A stretch of 64,000 nucleotides of DNA, from assembly GCF_036321535.1 (NCBI RefSeq), contig NC_087447.1, forward strand, positions 36,396,001-36,460,000, given 5' to 3'. The position numbers and the translations under genes were made by a program. Below, in pieces: positions 27,588 through 39,799 of this stretch. The notes under the pieces are model-generated. The model saw only the letters and a list, made by a program, of their open reading frames with translations. It made no database searches and had not been told where the DNA came from. Numbering within the stretch: the first letter of the stretch is position 1; every line of letters starts with the position of its first letter. The stretch comes from Camelus dromedarius (Eukaryota).

Positions 27588-28037
27588 AAGTGCAATTAAA
27601 TCTTAAGGATAACGAGGAGGCCAAAGAAAGAACCAACACAAGACAACAGAGAATCCAAATGGAGAAAAAAAAAGAAAACCTATTTATCAAAGATCAGAGG
27701 AAATATTCAAAATTTTTTGACTTTTCATGTAGAAAGAAAATGATTCACAATAAAAAATCATATAAGAAGGGTAAGATCAACAAGTTAAAAAGGAAAAAGA
27801 ATGAAAAAGAAGAAGCTACAGTGAAAAAAAAAAACCCTAATCCATTCACTTTCAGTATATTTTATCAAACACCTCATATATAAGGGAGCGTATTAGGCAT
27901 TAAGGGTGTTCCCAACTCATTTTTGCCTTGAAGGAGGTTAAATCTAGGAGAAAGACAAAATATGTAAATTAGTAACAAGGAAGGAAAAAATGAGAAGCAT
28001 GAACAAAAGTACAAGCAAAATTCTCTTGGAGTTCAAG

Positions 28038-28330
28038 CTAGTCACAAAAGTCTACATACTATATTATGCTGTTTATATGAAATGTCCAAAATAGGCAAAT
28101 CTATACAGACAGAAAGTAGATCAGTGATTGCCTAGGGCATGAGGGTGGGGTAGGGGGAAAAGGGAAGAGATACCTGATGGGTACTTAGTTTCTTTTGGGG
28201 GATGATAAATCTATTCTAAAACTGATTGTGGTGATGGCTGCACAATTCTGTGAATATATAAAACTCCACTGAATTTCACACTTTAAATGAGTGAATTATA
28301 TGGTATGTGAATTATATCTGAATAAAAGTG
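28038..28330 (+). mobile_element. L1MB-like 3' end
   Basis: ATGAAATGTCCAAAATAGGCAAATCTATACAGACAGAAAGTAGA...TGTGAATTATATCTGAATAAA. Confidence 0.85.
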
Positions 28331-30214
28331 CTACATAAATGCTTTCAGAGCATTCTATGAGAGTTTTGAAAAGATATGTGTAGAAAGAGTGTGGAAGTGG
28401 GGATCAGAGGAGATTTTGAGGATAGGGAAGATGTAATGAAACTGTGGGTTGTCAGGTGGCAGATAAATGGGGCAAATTGACTTTCTTACTTTTGATTAGG
28501 GAGTTTCTGGGAATGAGGGAGAGAAGTGGTTAGGACTGGCAGTAAGAGGACACCAGGTACTTAAAGTAAGAGTGAAAAATCTATAGATAAATTTTGCTTT
28601 AGAGATAGTCCTTTATGTGGGTGAAAGAAAGAAGGTGGGAGCAAGAGTTAAGAACTATCGAATAAATATAAGAAAACAAATGGATGTGTCAAAGTACAGG
28701 TGGTTGAGGGAAAAAGGAAAATAAGTGTAAGAGGGTTAATTAGATGAGAAGGACAGGGATTGAAGGGGTAGGTGGGAAGGTAAGAGGAAGTGATGTTGAT
28801 GACCTTTTCTTTTGTTTTCAGTGTTCAGGCACTCATGGTCTTTTTTCTGGTTCTTCTTTCTTCAGCAGCTCCATCCCATCAGACACCCAGTCCTTCCCTA
28901 TTGTTAGTCTGAGATCTGGTCAACTCATTTACTCTTAAAGGTTAGGGAGCCAGGCTATTCCTCCTTTCAAGTTCTTTTATTTTTAAAGACGACTGTAAGG
29001 AGAAAGCAGTGTTCAACACAAAGATATTAAATGATGGAATTTGGACGTCTGATTAGAAAGTTTGACTTTTTTTCTCTAAGGGGTAGAAGGTAATTTTTTT
29101 TTTATCATACTATGTTAGGCAACTCCTCCTTTATGAATATGAGCAGAAGGGATGGAAGACTAGATGATCTTTAGTTTTTTTGATTTGCTTTATGTCAAAT
29201 GGATTTTTTTCTGTTAAATAAAATTTCAAGTTTCCAAGAGAGTGTTTGAATATTTTCTTGCTGGAAAATTCTTTAAATTTCCTTTACCTTCCCCCAAACT
29301 CCCTATAATTTTGCACCTAAAAAGAGCTGAGTTCTGAACTGTGTTTCGTAATAAACACTTTTTAGCTTGGGAGAACCCAGTCTAGATTTATTAACCTCTG
29401 AACAGCACATTTGGGTGTTTTGTAGGAAACTCAAGCTACATATAAAGTTCAACCCTTTGTTAACTCCTTACCTGCGTAATAATAGCACTTCACTAGGCTT
29501 TTTTCATCCAACAAGTTATTTATTGAATACTATTGTGCCAAATCCTGTGCTAAGAATCTCATACAGAGAAGTTTAATAAGTGGTTACTTATTTTTTTAAA
29601 AGGTTGCTATTGTTTGCTTAGCTTGTTATCATTCTACTACCCATGTCTATTACAGTATTTTGAAAATATACTATGTTTAGGTTTCCATGTACTTCAGAAA
29701 GGAAACTCATGTAATTCTTGAAACAAAATAAATTATTTTCAAATAATGAAGTGGAGGAGATCATTTTAGCTGAATTGAGTATAACATTTGGTTTTAGGCT
29801 ACTTGGCAACCCAGAGTAAATGAAAATCATGGTATTGTTATCCAACAAAGGAAATATACTTGTTTCTCAAATGATACAAACTTTTCTCTAGCATTCAATT
29901 CTAAGAGGAATTTATTGCATTGATCTTTATGTAACTGATTCTGAATAAAATTGATGGTTCCTTCGATAGCAAATTAGATTTGTTGGTTTGACATGGTAAC
30001 TGTTTAAAAGTGAGAGGTTGAAGTGGAAGTTGTATAACTGGCAAGAGAAGTTAAGGCACTTCAACTGAGCTTTATTCATTTATTCAACAAGTATTGAGTA
30101 CCTGTTGGTGAGAGAAAAATAGAAAAATTATTATTATGAAAGCTATTTGCAAGGTGTATTACAGAGTGATACTATTGAGAGAAATACCCTCTGTGTTTGT
30201 GTGTGTGTGTGTGC

Positions 30215-31129
30215 TTTTTTTTAATTGAAGTATGGTCAGTTACAATGTGTCAATTTCTGGTGTACAGCATAATGTCCCAGCCATACACATACATACATAT
30301 ATTCATTTTCATATTCTTTTTCATTAAAAATTCTTACACGATATTGGATATAGTTGCCTGTGCTATACAGAAGAAATTTGTTTTTTATCTACTTTTATAC
30401 ATAGTGGTTAACCTTTGCAAATGTCCCAAATATATCCCTTCCCACCCAGTTTCCCCTTGTAACTATAAGATTGTCCACTATGTTTGTGAATCTGTTTTTG
30501 TTTTGTAGATGAGTTCATTAGTGTCCTCTTTTTTTCTTTCTTTCCCTTTTTTTTAGATTCCACATATGAGTGATAACATATGGTATTTTTCTTTCTCTTT
30601 CTGGCTTACTTCACTTAAAATGACATTCTCCAGGTCCATCCATTTTGCTGCAAATGGCATTATTTTATTCTTTTTATGGCTGAGTAGTATTCCATTGTAT
30701 AAATATACTACAACTTCTTTATCTAGTCATCTATTGATGGACATTTAGGTTGTTCCTATGTCTTGGCTATTGTATTAGTGCTTCTGTGAACATTGGGGTT
30801 CATGTGTCTTTTCGAATTAGAGTTCCCTCCAGATATATGCTCAAGAGTAGGATTGCTGGATCATATGGTAAGTCTCTTTTTAGTTTTTTGAGGAATCTCC
30901 ATTTTGTTTTCCATAATGGCTGCACCAAATTACATTCCCACCAGCAGTGTAGGAGGGTTTCCTTTTCTCCATACCCTCTCCAGCATTTATTGTTTGTGGA
31001 TTTTTGAATGATGGCCATTCTGACTGGTGTGAGGTGATACCTCATTGTAATTTTGATTTGCATTTCTCTGATAATTAGCAATATTGAGCATTTTTTCATG
31101 TGCCTAATGGCCATTTGTATGTCTTCATT
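30215..31129 (-). mobile_element. Young L1 3' end (ORF2 C-terminus and 3' UTR)
   Basis: ORF 30800..31114 contains [20 protein letters not shown]...[13 protein letters not shown], the L1 ORF2 Cys-rich region. TSD-like GAAATACCCTCTGT / GAAATTCCTCTGT. Confidence 0.95.
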
Positions 31130-31178
31130 GAAATTCCTCTGTATTGTAACTCACAAGTGATGCTCCATGGGTAAAATT

Positions 31179-31181
<3 letters not shown>

Positions 31182-31217
<36 letters not shown>

Positions 31218-31354
31218 TTTTTTACTTTTTTTGCTGGGGGGAGATAATTAGGTTTATTTATTTTTTTTTTAGAGGAGGTACTGGGGATTGAACCCAGGAC
31301 CTTGCGTATGCTAAGCATGTGCTCTACCACTTCAGCTATATCCTACCCCCACCA
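31182..31354 (-). mobile_element. tRNA-derived SINE with (ATTT)n tail
   Basis: Perfect 15-bp TSD ATGGGTAAAATTTTA at 31167 and 31355. Confidence 0.93.
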
Positions 31355-31719
31355 ATGGGTAAAATTTTAAAACAAGCTATCAGGTTTGATTAAGCATGTT
31401 ACTAAAAAGATGAAATAAACAAATAAGCACAAATGAGTTTTTTAAAGTAAGTTTGTTTTTGATGGGGGGAGAAGTAAGAGCCAAAAATGTGTCAAGTTTA
31501 TTTTATAGCACTCAAGCTTTCCATTAGCATTCCCCTCTACTTTCTAGCTTATATTTCTAGTTTATATTATTATGAAATATTTTGAGAAACTCAAAAGTGA
31601 AAAAGGTCTTTGTAATTTAAGTAAGTCTTTGTAATTAAAAATTCCTCTGTGCTAGAACTTGGCAAAGAAGTCTCCTATCTTGAGTAGTCTTTTTCATAAA
31701 AAATATTCACTAGCCATTT

Positions 31720-31884
31720 AAAAAATTCTTTTTTATTTTAACTTTGTTGTTTTTTTGGCAGGGGGAGAGGTGGAGAGGTTACTAGGTTTATTTATTTATT
31801 TATATAATGGAGGTGCTGGGGATTGAACCCAGGACCTTATACATGCTAAGCATGCACTCTACCACTGAGTTATATCCTCTCCCA
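31720..31884 (-). mobile_element. tRNA-derived SINE
   Basis: Perfect 13-bp TSD TCACTAGCCATTT at 31707 and 31885. Confidence 0.93.
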
Positions 31885-32242
31885 TCACTAGCCATTTTTT
31901 AATCAAACAAAAATTTGAAAGAAAGTTTCTAGCAGTTGCAAAATAATTGAATGTTTCATTACCAGGTGTTCAGGGAATTTTATAATGACCAATTATAAGC
32001 TATATTATTTAGCATTTATATGAAATATTTTGTGACACCCTTATGGTCATTAATTCATATTTGTGAATTATGTGTTTTCCATGTATTGTACACACTGATC
32101 AGTGTGATTTGATCATGTAGTAAAGTACATTCTATGCATACACTCTGTAACTTATTAAAGTATAAGCATATAAGGCACATTTTTAATGCTGCAGGAAAGT
32201 AAATTCAAATTTCATGCTATTTGTGGCCTTATAACAATTGTT

Positions 32243-32297
<55 letters not shown>

Positions 32298-32299
32298 TT
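32243..32299. repeat. (ATTT)n microsatellite
   Basis: Direct reading. Confidence 0.95.
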
Positions 32300-33703
32300 G
32301 CTAAATGTTTAAGGGAAACTTATTCTTTAAACAGATGTGCAGGGAAGAATTTTATGTATGTGTTTATTACATAGGTAGTTTCTTTGACATGGACTATTTC
32401 AGTTGAGATGTAAAATACAATATTCAGGATTTTTTTTCCTTGTTCATAAAATATTACAGTACAACACAGGCTTTCTGAAGGTGTCTGGGACATCAAACAC
32501 CTTCAGAAGATTGGGGAACTCAGGAAAACAAGAAGGCTGGCCAGTGGGCTGGGAATGGGGACTGTTCCAAATTCTCCATTCCTAGAGGGAATGAAGAATA
32601 CTAGTGGAAAAAAGCAACTGAACTTCAGAGCTAGCCAGTTCCTTGGACTGGAAAATGGTCTGTAAGAGGAGGGTTCTGATGTTTATAGAAGTGCCTTCCA
32701 ATGGTTTGACTCAAGAAGTCATATAGAGTAAATTTAACAATTTACATAGTCATTGTGTTTTTCCCAAGTAAATACTCATCACTTGCTGCTACAGGGACAT
32801 AGGCTTTATTTCATAGAGTGTTAATATACTTCAAAGAAGTTATCTCTTCTAATAAATACCAGTATTGCATTTTTAAAAAATACATGGAAACTTTTTTTTA
32901 AAATATAGAGTCTTAGATGACAAAGATTTGGGAATTTGTTTTGAATATGTATAGTGACTAGCAAAATTGCATGAACATTAGCATACATAATTGATATTTT
33001 ATAATAAAAATAGAATTAGATAATCCATCAGTTTTAACTTTTACTAATTTGTAAATCACTTGTGAATTTTCTCAAATTATTAATATTTCCTTGAAGTTTC
33101 ATAAACACTTTAAAATAGCTAAATAAAATTATTTAAATATTTAAATTTAGGTTAATTTCAGGAACCAGATAATGAAGTGTGCTATTTTAGGAAACTTTCA
33201 ATTATTATCTTCTGAACATGAACATTTGATTTTATTTCAGATAGAACTGCATGCTTATGTTATTGAATATTAACTGATTACTTTGTTTTGCTGAACCAGA
33301 TTTGTAAGCCTTTCATAGCTGTAAAATCCTTATTGAAATCAGGATGAAAGTCAGTAATAGGAAAAAATTGTATATCACACTTGAAAAGCTTACTCTCTAT
33401 TTAGAATTTACAATGTAGGAGGTGATAACACAGTATGATATAGTTTAAAGTGTACTAGAATTGTAATAAAAGACCTTGGTTTTTGTCTTTGCTCTCCATT
33501 AGGAAATTAATGTACTCGGTCTCAGTTTTAGTTGGTTAGTTTTCGAGGAATGCTATGTTTTTAAAGTAAACTTCACACTAAAAACTACAGTATAATGAAT
33601 AATTAATTAGAAGTGAATAATAGTATCCAAAGTTATAAAACTCACAAACAAGTTTATAAAAAAATCAAAATTTATTTCAAGGAAACCAAAACATCTAGGT
33701 ATA

Positions 33704-33893
33704 TGCTGTCTAACCAGTTTGGTTGCCACTAACCACATGTGGCTATTTAAGTTTGTATTTAAACTAACAAACATTAAATGAATTTCAAAATTTAGCATTT
33801 GTCTTACTCAGATTCTCAATAGTCACTAGTAGCTAGTCGCCAGACAGATACAGAACATTTCCATCATGGTAGAAAGTTCTATTGTACAGCACT
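33704..33893 (-). mobile_element. MER3-like hAT MITE
   Basis: GCCACTAACCACATGTGGCTATT...GAACATTTCCATCAT..AGAAAGTTCTATTGTACAGCACTG. Confidence 0.8.
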
Positions 33894-34439
33894 GATCTAG
33901 GTGCTCAAAATGGTCTTGATTTCCACAGTAGTCAAGGGGCATTATATGTATAGCCTGTAATCCAGATTTCCTACTATATATTATTCTGTTACAGGCATGT
34001 AAGTTGACAACTGCTTCCGTCAAATGGACTATTTTTGGACTTGGGGCTAATGCTGCCAGTCCAGAGAACTCCAGTATTTATTAGTTTGGGAGAAATCCCT
34101 TGCATTCTCATAGGCTAAGGAGAGACTGTGGATTTATTGGGACTGAGAAATTCAGCTCAAACTAGACTTTGTTTTGGAAGGAGAGTTGTATTATATATTT
34201 ATGTACGTAGTTTATTTTAAGTTTATGTATACTCCTACCTTTTTCTAACAATGATTTAGGGCAAATTCTTAAAATATTTTTCTGTTACTTTACCCAGAGT
34301 GACTCATTTAGGTCTATTTAACATATATTTATTAAGCGCTAATGCTCAGTTAGATATAAAAACTAAGAAATGTTCAGATCTTTGAAGAACAGTTCCTGCC
34401 ATTAAGGAGTTTGTAGTATGAATAGGAAAAAATATGTTT

Positions 34440-35620
34440 TTCATGAAAAGCTTAAAAATGAAAGTAATTTTAATTAGGTCTCACTTGTTTATTTTTGCTT
34501 TTATTTCCTTTGGTTTAGGAGACAGATCCAAAAAATATTGCCTGAAATTCATGTTGAAGAGTATTCTGCCTATGTTTCCCTCTAGGAGTTTTATGGTTTC
34601 TGGTCTTACATTCAGGTCTTTAATCCATTTTGAGTTTATTTTTGTATACGGTGTTAGAGAATGATCTAATTTTATTCTCTTACATGTAGCTGCCTAGTTT
34701 TCCCAGCACCAGTTATTGAAGAGGCTGTCCTTTATCTATTGTATTTTCTTATCTCCTTGTCATAGATCAATTAACCATAAGTGTATAAGCTTATTTCTGG
34801 GCTCTCCATTCTGTTCCGTTCATCTATGTGTCTATTTTTGTGCCAGTACCATACTGTTTTGATTACTGTAGCTTTGTAGTATAGGCTGAAGTCATGGAGT
34901 GTGAGTCCTCCAGTTCTGTTCTTTGTCAAGATTGTTTTGGCTATTTGGGGTCTTTTGTGTTTTCATACAAATTTTAGGCTTATTTGTTCTAGTTCTGTGA
35001 AAAATGCCATTGCTTTTGATATTTTGATAGGGGAGTGCACTGAATATGCATATTGCCGTGGGTAGTATGGCCATTTTAACAATATTAATTCTTCCAATCC
35101 AAGAACACTGTGTATCTTTTCATCTGTGTCAAATTCAGTTTGTTTCATCAGTGTCTTATAGATTTCTGAGTATAGGTCTTTTACCCCCTTAGGTAGGTTT
35201 ATTCCTAGGTATTTTATTATTTTTGATGTATGATAAATGGGATTGTTCCCTTAATTTCTCGTTCTGATAGTTCATTAGTGTTTTGATGTGCAACTGATAG
35301 CTCTATATTAATTTTGTATCCTGCAATTTTATCAGATTCATTGATGAGCTCTAATAGTTTTCTGGTGGTATCTTTAAGATTTCTCTATGTATAGGATCAT
35401 GTCATCATCAAACAGTGACACTTTTATTCCTTCCTTTACAGTTTGGATTTCTTTTATTTCTTTTTCTTGTTTGATTGTTGTGGCTAAGACTTCCAATACT
35501 ATATTGAATAAAAGTGGTGAAAGTGGGTATCTTTATCTTGTTCCTGATCTAAGAAGAAATACTTTTAGCTTTTCACCACTGAGTATGATGTTAGCTGTGG
35601 GTTTGTCGTATGTGGGCTTT
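34440..35620 (-). mobile_element. L1 ORF2 segment (inverted portion)
   Basis: Antisense ORF2, e.g. the peptide [14 protein letters not shown] in ORF 34963..35148. Confidence 0.92.
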
Positions 35621-35621
35621 A

Positions 35622-35925
35622 TTAAAATGAAAGACAACCTACTAAATAGGAGAAGATACTTGCAACTGGTATGACTGATAAGGGGTTAATACCCAAAATA
35701 TATAAACCACTCATGCAACTCAACATCAAAAACAAACAAACAACAAAAAACCAAACAACCTAATTAAAAAATGTGCAGGAGACCTAAGTAAACATTTTTC
35801 CAAAGAGGGCATGCAAATGCTCAACATCATAAATCATCAGGGAAACACAAGTCAAACCACAATGAAATATCACCTCACATCTGTCAGAATGGCGATCATC
35901 AAAAAGAACACAAATAACAAATGTT
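35622..35925 (+). mobile_element. L1 ORF2 3' segment (non-inverted portion)
   Basis: AAAATGAAAGACAACCTAC...ATCACCTCACATCTGTCAGAATGGC. Confidence 0.88.
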
Positions 35926-37145
35926 TTAATTGATATCTATAGAGCATTCCATCTGAAAGCAGCAGAATACACATTCTTCTCAAGTGCACGTGGAACATTC
36001 TCCAGAATCGACCACATGCTGGCCCACAAAGCTAGCATCAGTAAATATAAGAAAATTGAAATCGGGCCAAGCTTCTTTTCTGATCACAACACTGTAAGGT
36101 TAGAAATCAACTATAAGAAAAAAACTGCAAAGACCACAAACACGAGGAGGCTAAACAAAATGCTACTAAACAACCAATGGATTACTGAACAAATCAAAGA
36201 AGAAATAAAAAAATACTTTGAGACAAATGAAAATGAAAACACAAGGATCCAAAACCTCTGGGACACAGCAAAAACAGTTCTCAGAGAGAATTTTGTAGTG
36301 ATACAAGCCTACCTCAGGAAACAAGCAAAATCTCAAGTAAACAACCTAACCTTTCACCTAAGGCAGCTGGAGAAAGAACAAACAAAACCCAGTTAGTAGA
36401 AGGAAAGAAATCATAAAGGCTAGACAGAAATAAATGAAGTAGAGACTAAAAAAATAATAGGAAAGATCAATGTAACTAAAATCTAGTTCTTTGAAAAGAT
36501 AAACAAATTTGATAAAACTTTAGTCAGACTCAACAAGAAAAAAAGGAAGAGGGCCCAAATTAATAAAATCAGAAATGAAAAAGAAGTTACAACTGACACT
36601 ACAGAAATATAAAGGATCATAAGAAGCTACTATGAGCAACTATATGCCAACAAAAAGGACAAGGTAGATGAGATGGACAATCTCTTAGAAAAGTAAAATT
36701 TGCCAAGACTGAATGAGGAAGAAATAGACAATATGATTAGACCAATTACCAGTACTGAAACTGAATCAGTAATTAAAAGACTCCCAACAAACAAAAGTCT
36801 AGGACCAGATGGCTTCACAGGTGAATTCTACCAGACGTTTAGTAAAGAGTTAACACCTATCCTTCTGAAACTATTCCAAAAACTTGCAGAGGAAGGAACA
36901 CTTCCAAACTCATTCTATGAGGCCATCATCAACTTGACACCCAAACCAGAGAAAGATAGCACCGAAAAAAAAGAGAAAATTACAGGTCAATATCACTTAT
37001 GAATATAGATACAAAAATCCTCAACAAAATACTAGCAAATCAACTCCAACAATGCATTAAAAGGATCATACACCATGATCAAGTGAGATTTATCCCAGGG
37101 ACGTAGGGATTTTTCAATATCTGCAAGTCAAACAATGTGATACAT
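35926..37145 (+). mobile_element. L1 ORF2 fragment (end of endonuclease to start of RT), disrupted
   Basis: ORFs 36016..36396 (FSDHNTVRLEIN, QNLWDTAK) and 36700..37002 ([13 protein letters not shown]). Confidence 0.95.
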
Positions 37146-39610
37146 CTCCTTTACTTCTGAATGAAATTTTCTCAGAATTCTAGATTGGTAGTTTTTTTCT
37201 CAATACTTTAAATAATTCATTTTATTCTTTTCTTGCTTGCATGGTTTTTGAGAAGTTTGATGTAATTATTATCTTTTTCCTTTGTGGGTAAGGTGTTCCC
37301 CTCTCCTCTGGCTTCTTTTAGATTTTTTTTTTTGATCTTTGATTTTTGTCTTTTGAATATGATATGCCTAGGTACAGGTTTTTTGTTTTTGTTTTTGTTT
37401 TCATTAGTTCTGCTTGGTGTTTTCTGAGCTTCCTGGATCTGTGTCTTGCTATCTGGCATTAATTTGGAGAAAATCTCAGTCATTATTGTTTCAAATATTT
37501 TCTTTCTTTCCTTCTTTCCTTCCTTCCTTCTTTTCTTTTTTTTTCTTTCTCCCTTACTTCTTCCTTCCCTCCCTTCCTTCCTTCTTCCAGTATTCCCAGT
37601 GCACATGTGTTGCACCTTTTGTAGTTGTTCCACAGTCCTTGAATATTGCTTTTTTTTTTTTCAGTCTTCATTCTCTTTGCTTTTCAGGTTAGAGGTTTCT
37701 ATTTATATATCCACAAGCTCTGAGATTCTTTTCTCAGCTGTTTATTAATAAGGCTTTCAAAAGCATTCTTTATTTCTATTACACTGATTTTGATCTCTAA
37801 CATTTCTTTTTAATTCTTTGTTTTTGGAATCTTTATTATTTTACTGTGTTAAAATATACAAGACATAAGATTTACCATTTTAACCATTTCAAGTGTTTTT
37901 TAGTTCTTTCTTTGGATTTCCATCTTTCCGTTTATATTGCTCGTTTGTTTTTACATGCTGTCTGCTTTATCTGTTAGAACCCTTAGCATAATAATCATAG
38001 TTGTAAGTTCCAGGTCTTAGAATTCCAGTATCCCTGATATATCTAGTTCTGATACTTGCTCTGTTTCTTTCAACTGTGTTTTTTCTCTTTTGGTATTGCT
38101 TGTAATTTTTTCCTGATAGCCTGACATGAGGTACTAGGTAAAAAGAACTGCTATAAATAGGCCTTCAGTAATGTGATGGTAATGTGTTGGGGGAAGGAAA
38201 GCATTGTATAATCCTGTGATTAGGTATCAGCCTAAGCCTCTGGACCATGAACCTCACAAGTGTTTCTCAGTTTTTTTTTTTTTTTCAATTGAAGTATAGT
38301 CAGTTCATAATGTTGTATCAATTTCTGGTGTACAGCATAATAGTTCAGTCCTACATGTATATACATGTATTTGTTTTCATATTCTTTTTCATTATAGGTT
38401 GCTATAAGATATTGAATATAGTTCCATATGTATAAACTTGCTGTTTATCTATTTTATATAGTTAGTATGTGCAAATCTCGAGCTCCCAAATTATCCCTTC
38501 CCACCTCCTTCCCCCGCTGGTAATAAGTTCGTTTTCTGTGTCTGTTTTGTAAATAAGTTCATTTGCCTTTTTTTTTTTTTTTTTAAGATTCCACATAGAA
38601 CTGATATCATATGTTATTTTTCTTTCTCTTTCTGGCTTTCTTCACTTAGAATGACGATCTCCAGTTTCATCCATGTTGCTGTAAATGGCATTTTATTATT
38701 TTTTATGGCTGAGTCATATTCTGTGGTATAAATATACCACAACTTCTTTATCCAGTCATCTATTGATGGACATTTAGGTTGTTTCCACATCTTGGCTATT
38801 GTAAATAGTGCTGCTATGAACATTGGGGTGCATGTGTCTTTTCAAATTAGAGTTCCCTCCCTATATATGCATAGGAGTGGGATTGCTGGATCATATGATA
38901 AGTCTCTTTTTAGTTTTTTGAGGAATTTCCATTTTGTTTTCCATAATGGCTGCACCAAACTACATTCCTACCAACAATGTAGGAGGGTTCCCTTTTCTCC
39001 ACAACCTCTCCAGCGTTTATTGTTTGTGGACTTTTTAACGACAGCCATTGTGACTGGTGTGACATGATACCTCATTGTAATTTTAATTTGCATTTCTCTG
39101 ATAATTAGTGATATTGAGCATTTTTTTTATATGCCTATTGGCCATTTGTATGTCTTCATTGGAGAATTGCTTGTTTAGGTCTTCTGCCCATTTTTGGATT
39201 GGGTTGTTTGTTTTGTTTCTCAGTTTTTTGTTCCCTCTTAAAGGGTACATAATGGTAGAGTGGGCTGAAATTCAGTATTTCTCTTCTCCCAAGTAGAGGA
39301 ATAGAGCTGAGTAGAGTTAACTATTCCCTTTTCCTCAGGAAATTAGGCTCTGATAATATACGAGCAGATTAGGCTCTGGGTAACTAGCTCCTGAGGTCAG
39401 GCCTTTTTAGGAGGAACAGAGTGTTCTGGCATATTTCAAAAAGTTTCCTTTCCATCTCCCCTTGCCAGAAGCATGAGGGAATTTTTCTCTGATATTTACT
39501 GTGAATGTGATCAAGCTCTGGAGTTAAAACACAAAAGTCTGGGGGCATCCCATGACTGGGTTCCATTGAATTTTTAGCTCTCAGACTTGTCTTCATTGAG
39601 TTTCCAGCTC
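37146..39610 (-). mobile_element. Old L1M 5' region/ORF1 remnant, interrupted by a young L1
   Basis: ORF 37217..37633 contains IFETIMTEIFSKL...IQEAQKTPSR...PRHIIFK (L1 ORF1-like) and a (TTCC)-type simple repeat at ~37500-37585. Confidence 0.75.
38271..39213 (-). mobile_element. Young L1 3' end
   Basis: [36 protein letters not shown] at 38261 and 39214. Confidence 0.95.
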
Positions 39611-39799
39611 AGAATGTTTGAAAGTTCTAATTTCTCCGTCACATCCTCACCAACACTTAATTTGTCCATCTTTTTGGTTGTAGCCATCATAGTATGTGTG
39701 AAGTGGCTTTCATTGTGGTTTTGATTTGCATTTTGGGAATAACTAATTATACTGAGCATTTTTTAATGTGCTTATTGGATAAAATTTATTGATTTCTTT

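Noticed and set aside
27557..27883. 108-aa Lys-rich ORF
   Set aside because: Starts inside a SINE and runs through A-rich low-complexity sequence.
29681..29930. Further exon-like island (NNEVEEIILAELSITFG...)
   Set aside because: Weak acceptor and donor, three stops in the best frame, and a phase that does not fit its neighbours. The island at ~33995-34190 was dropped for similar reasons.
36016..37002. ORFs with endonuclease/RT-adjacent motifs as an active or novel reverse transcriptase system
   Set aside because: Ordinary fragmented L1 ORF2 with stops and frameshifts, truncated before the catalytic YADD region.
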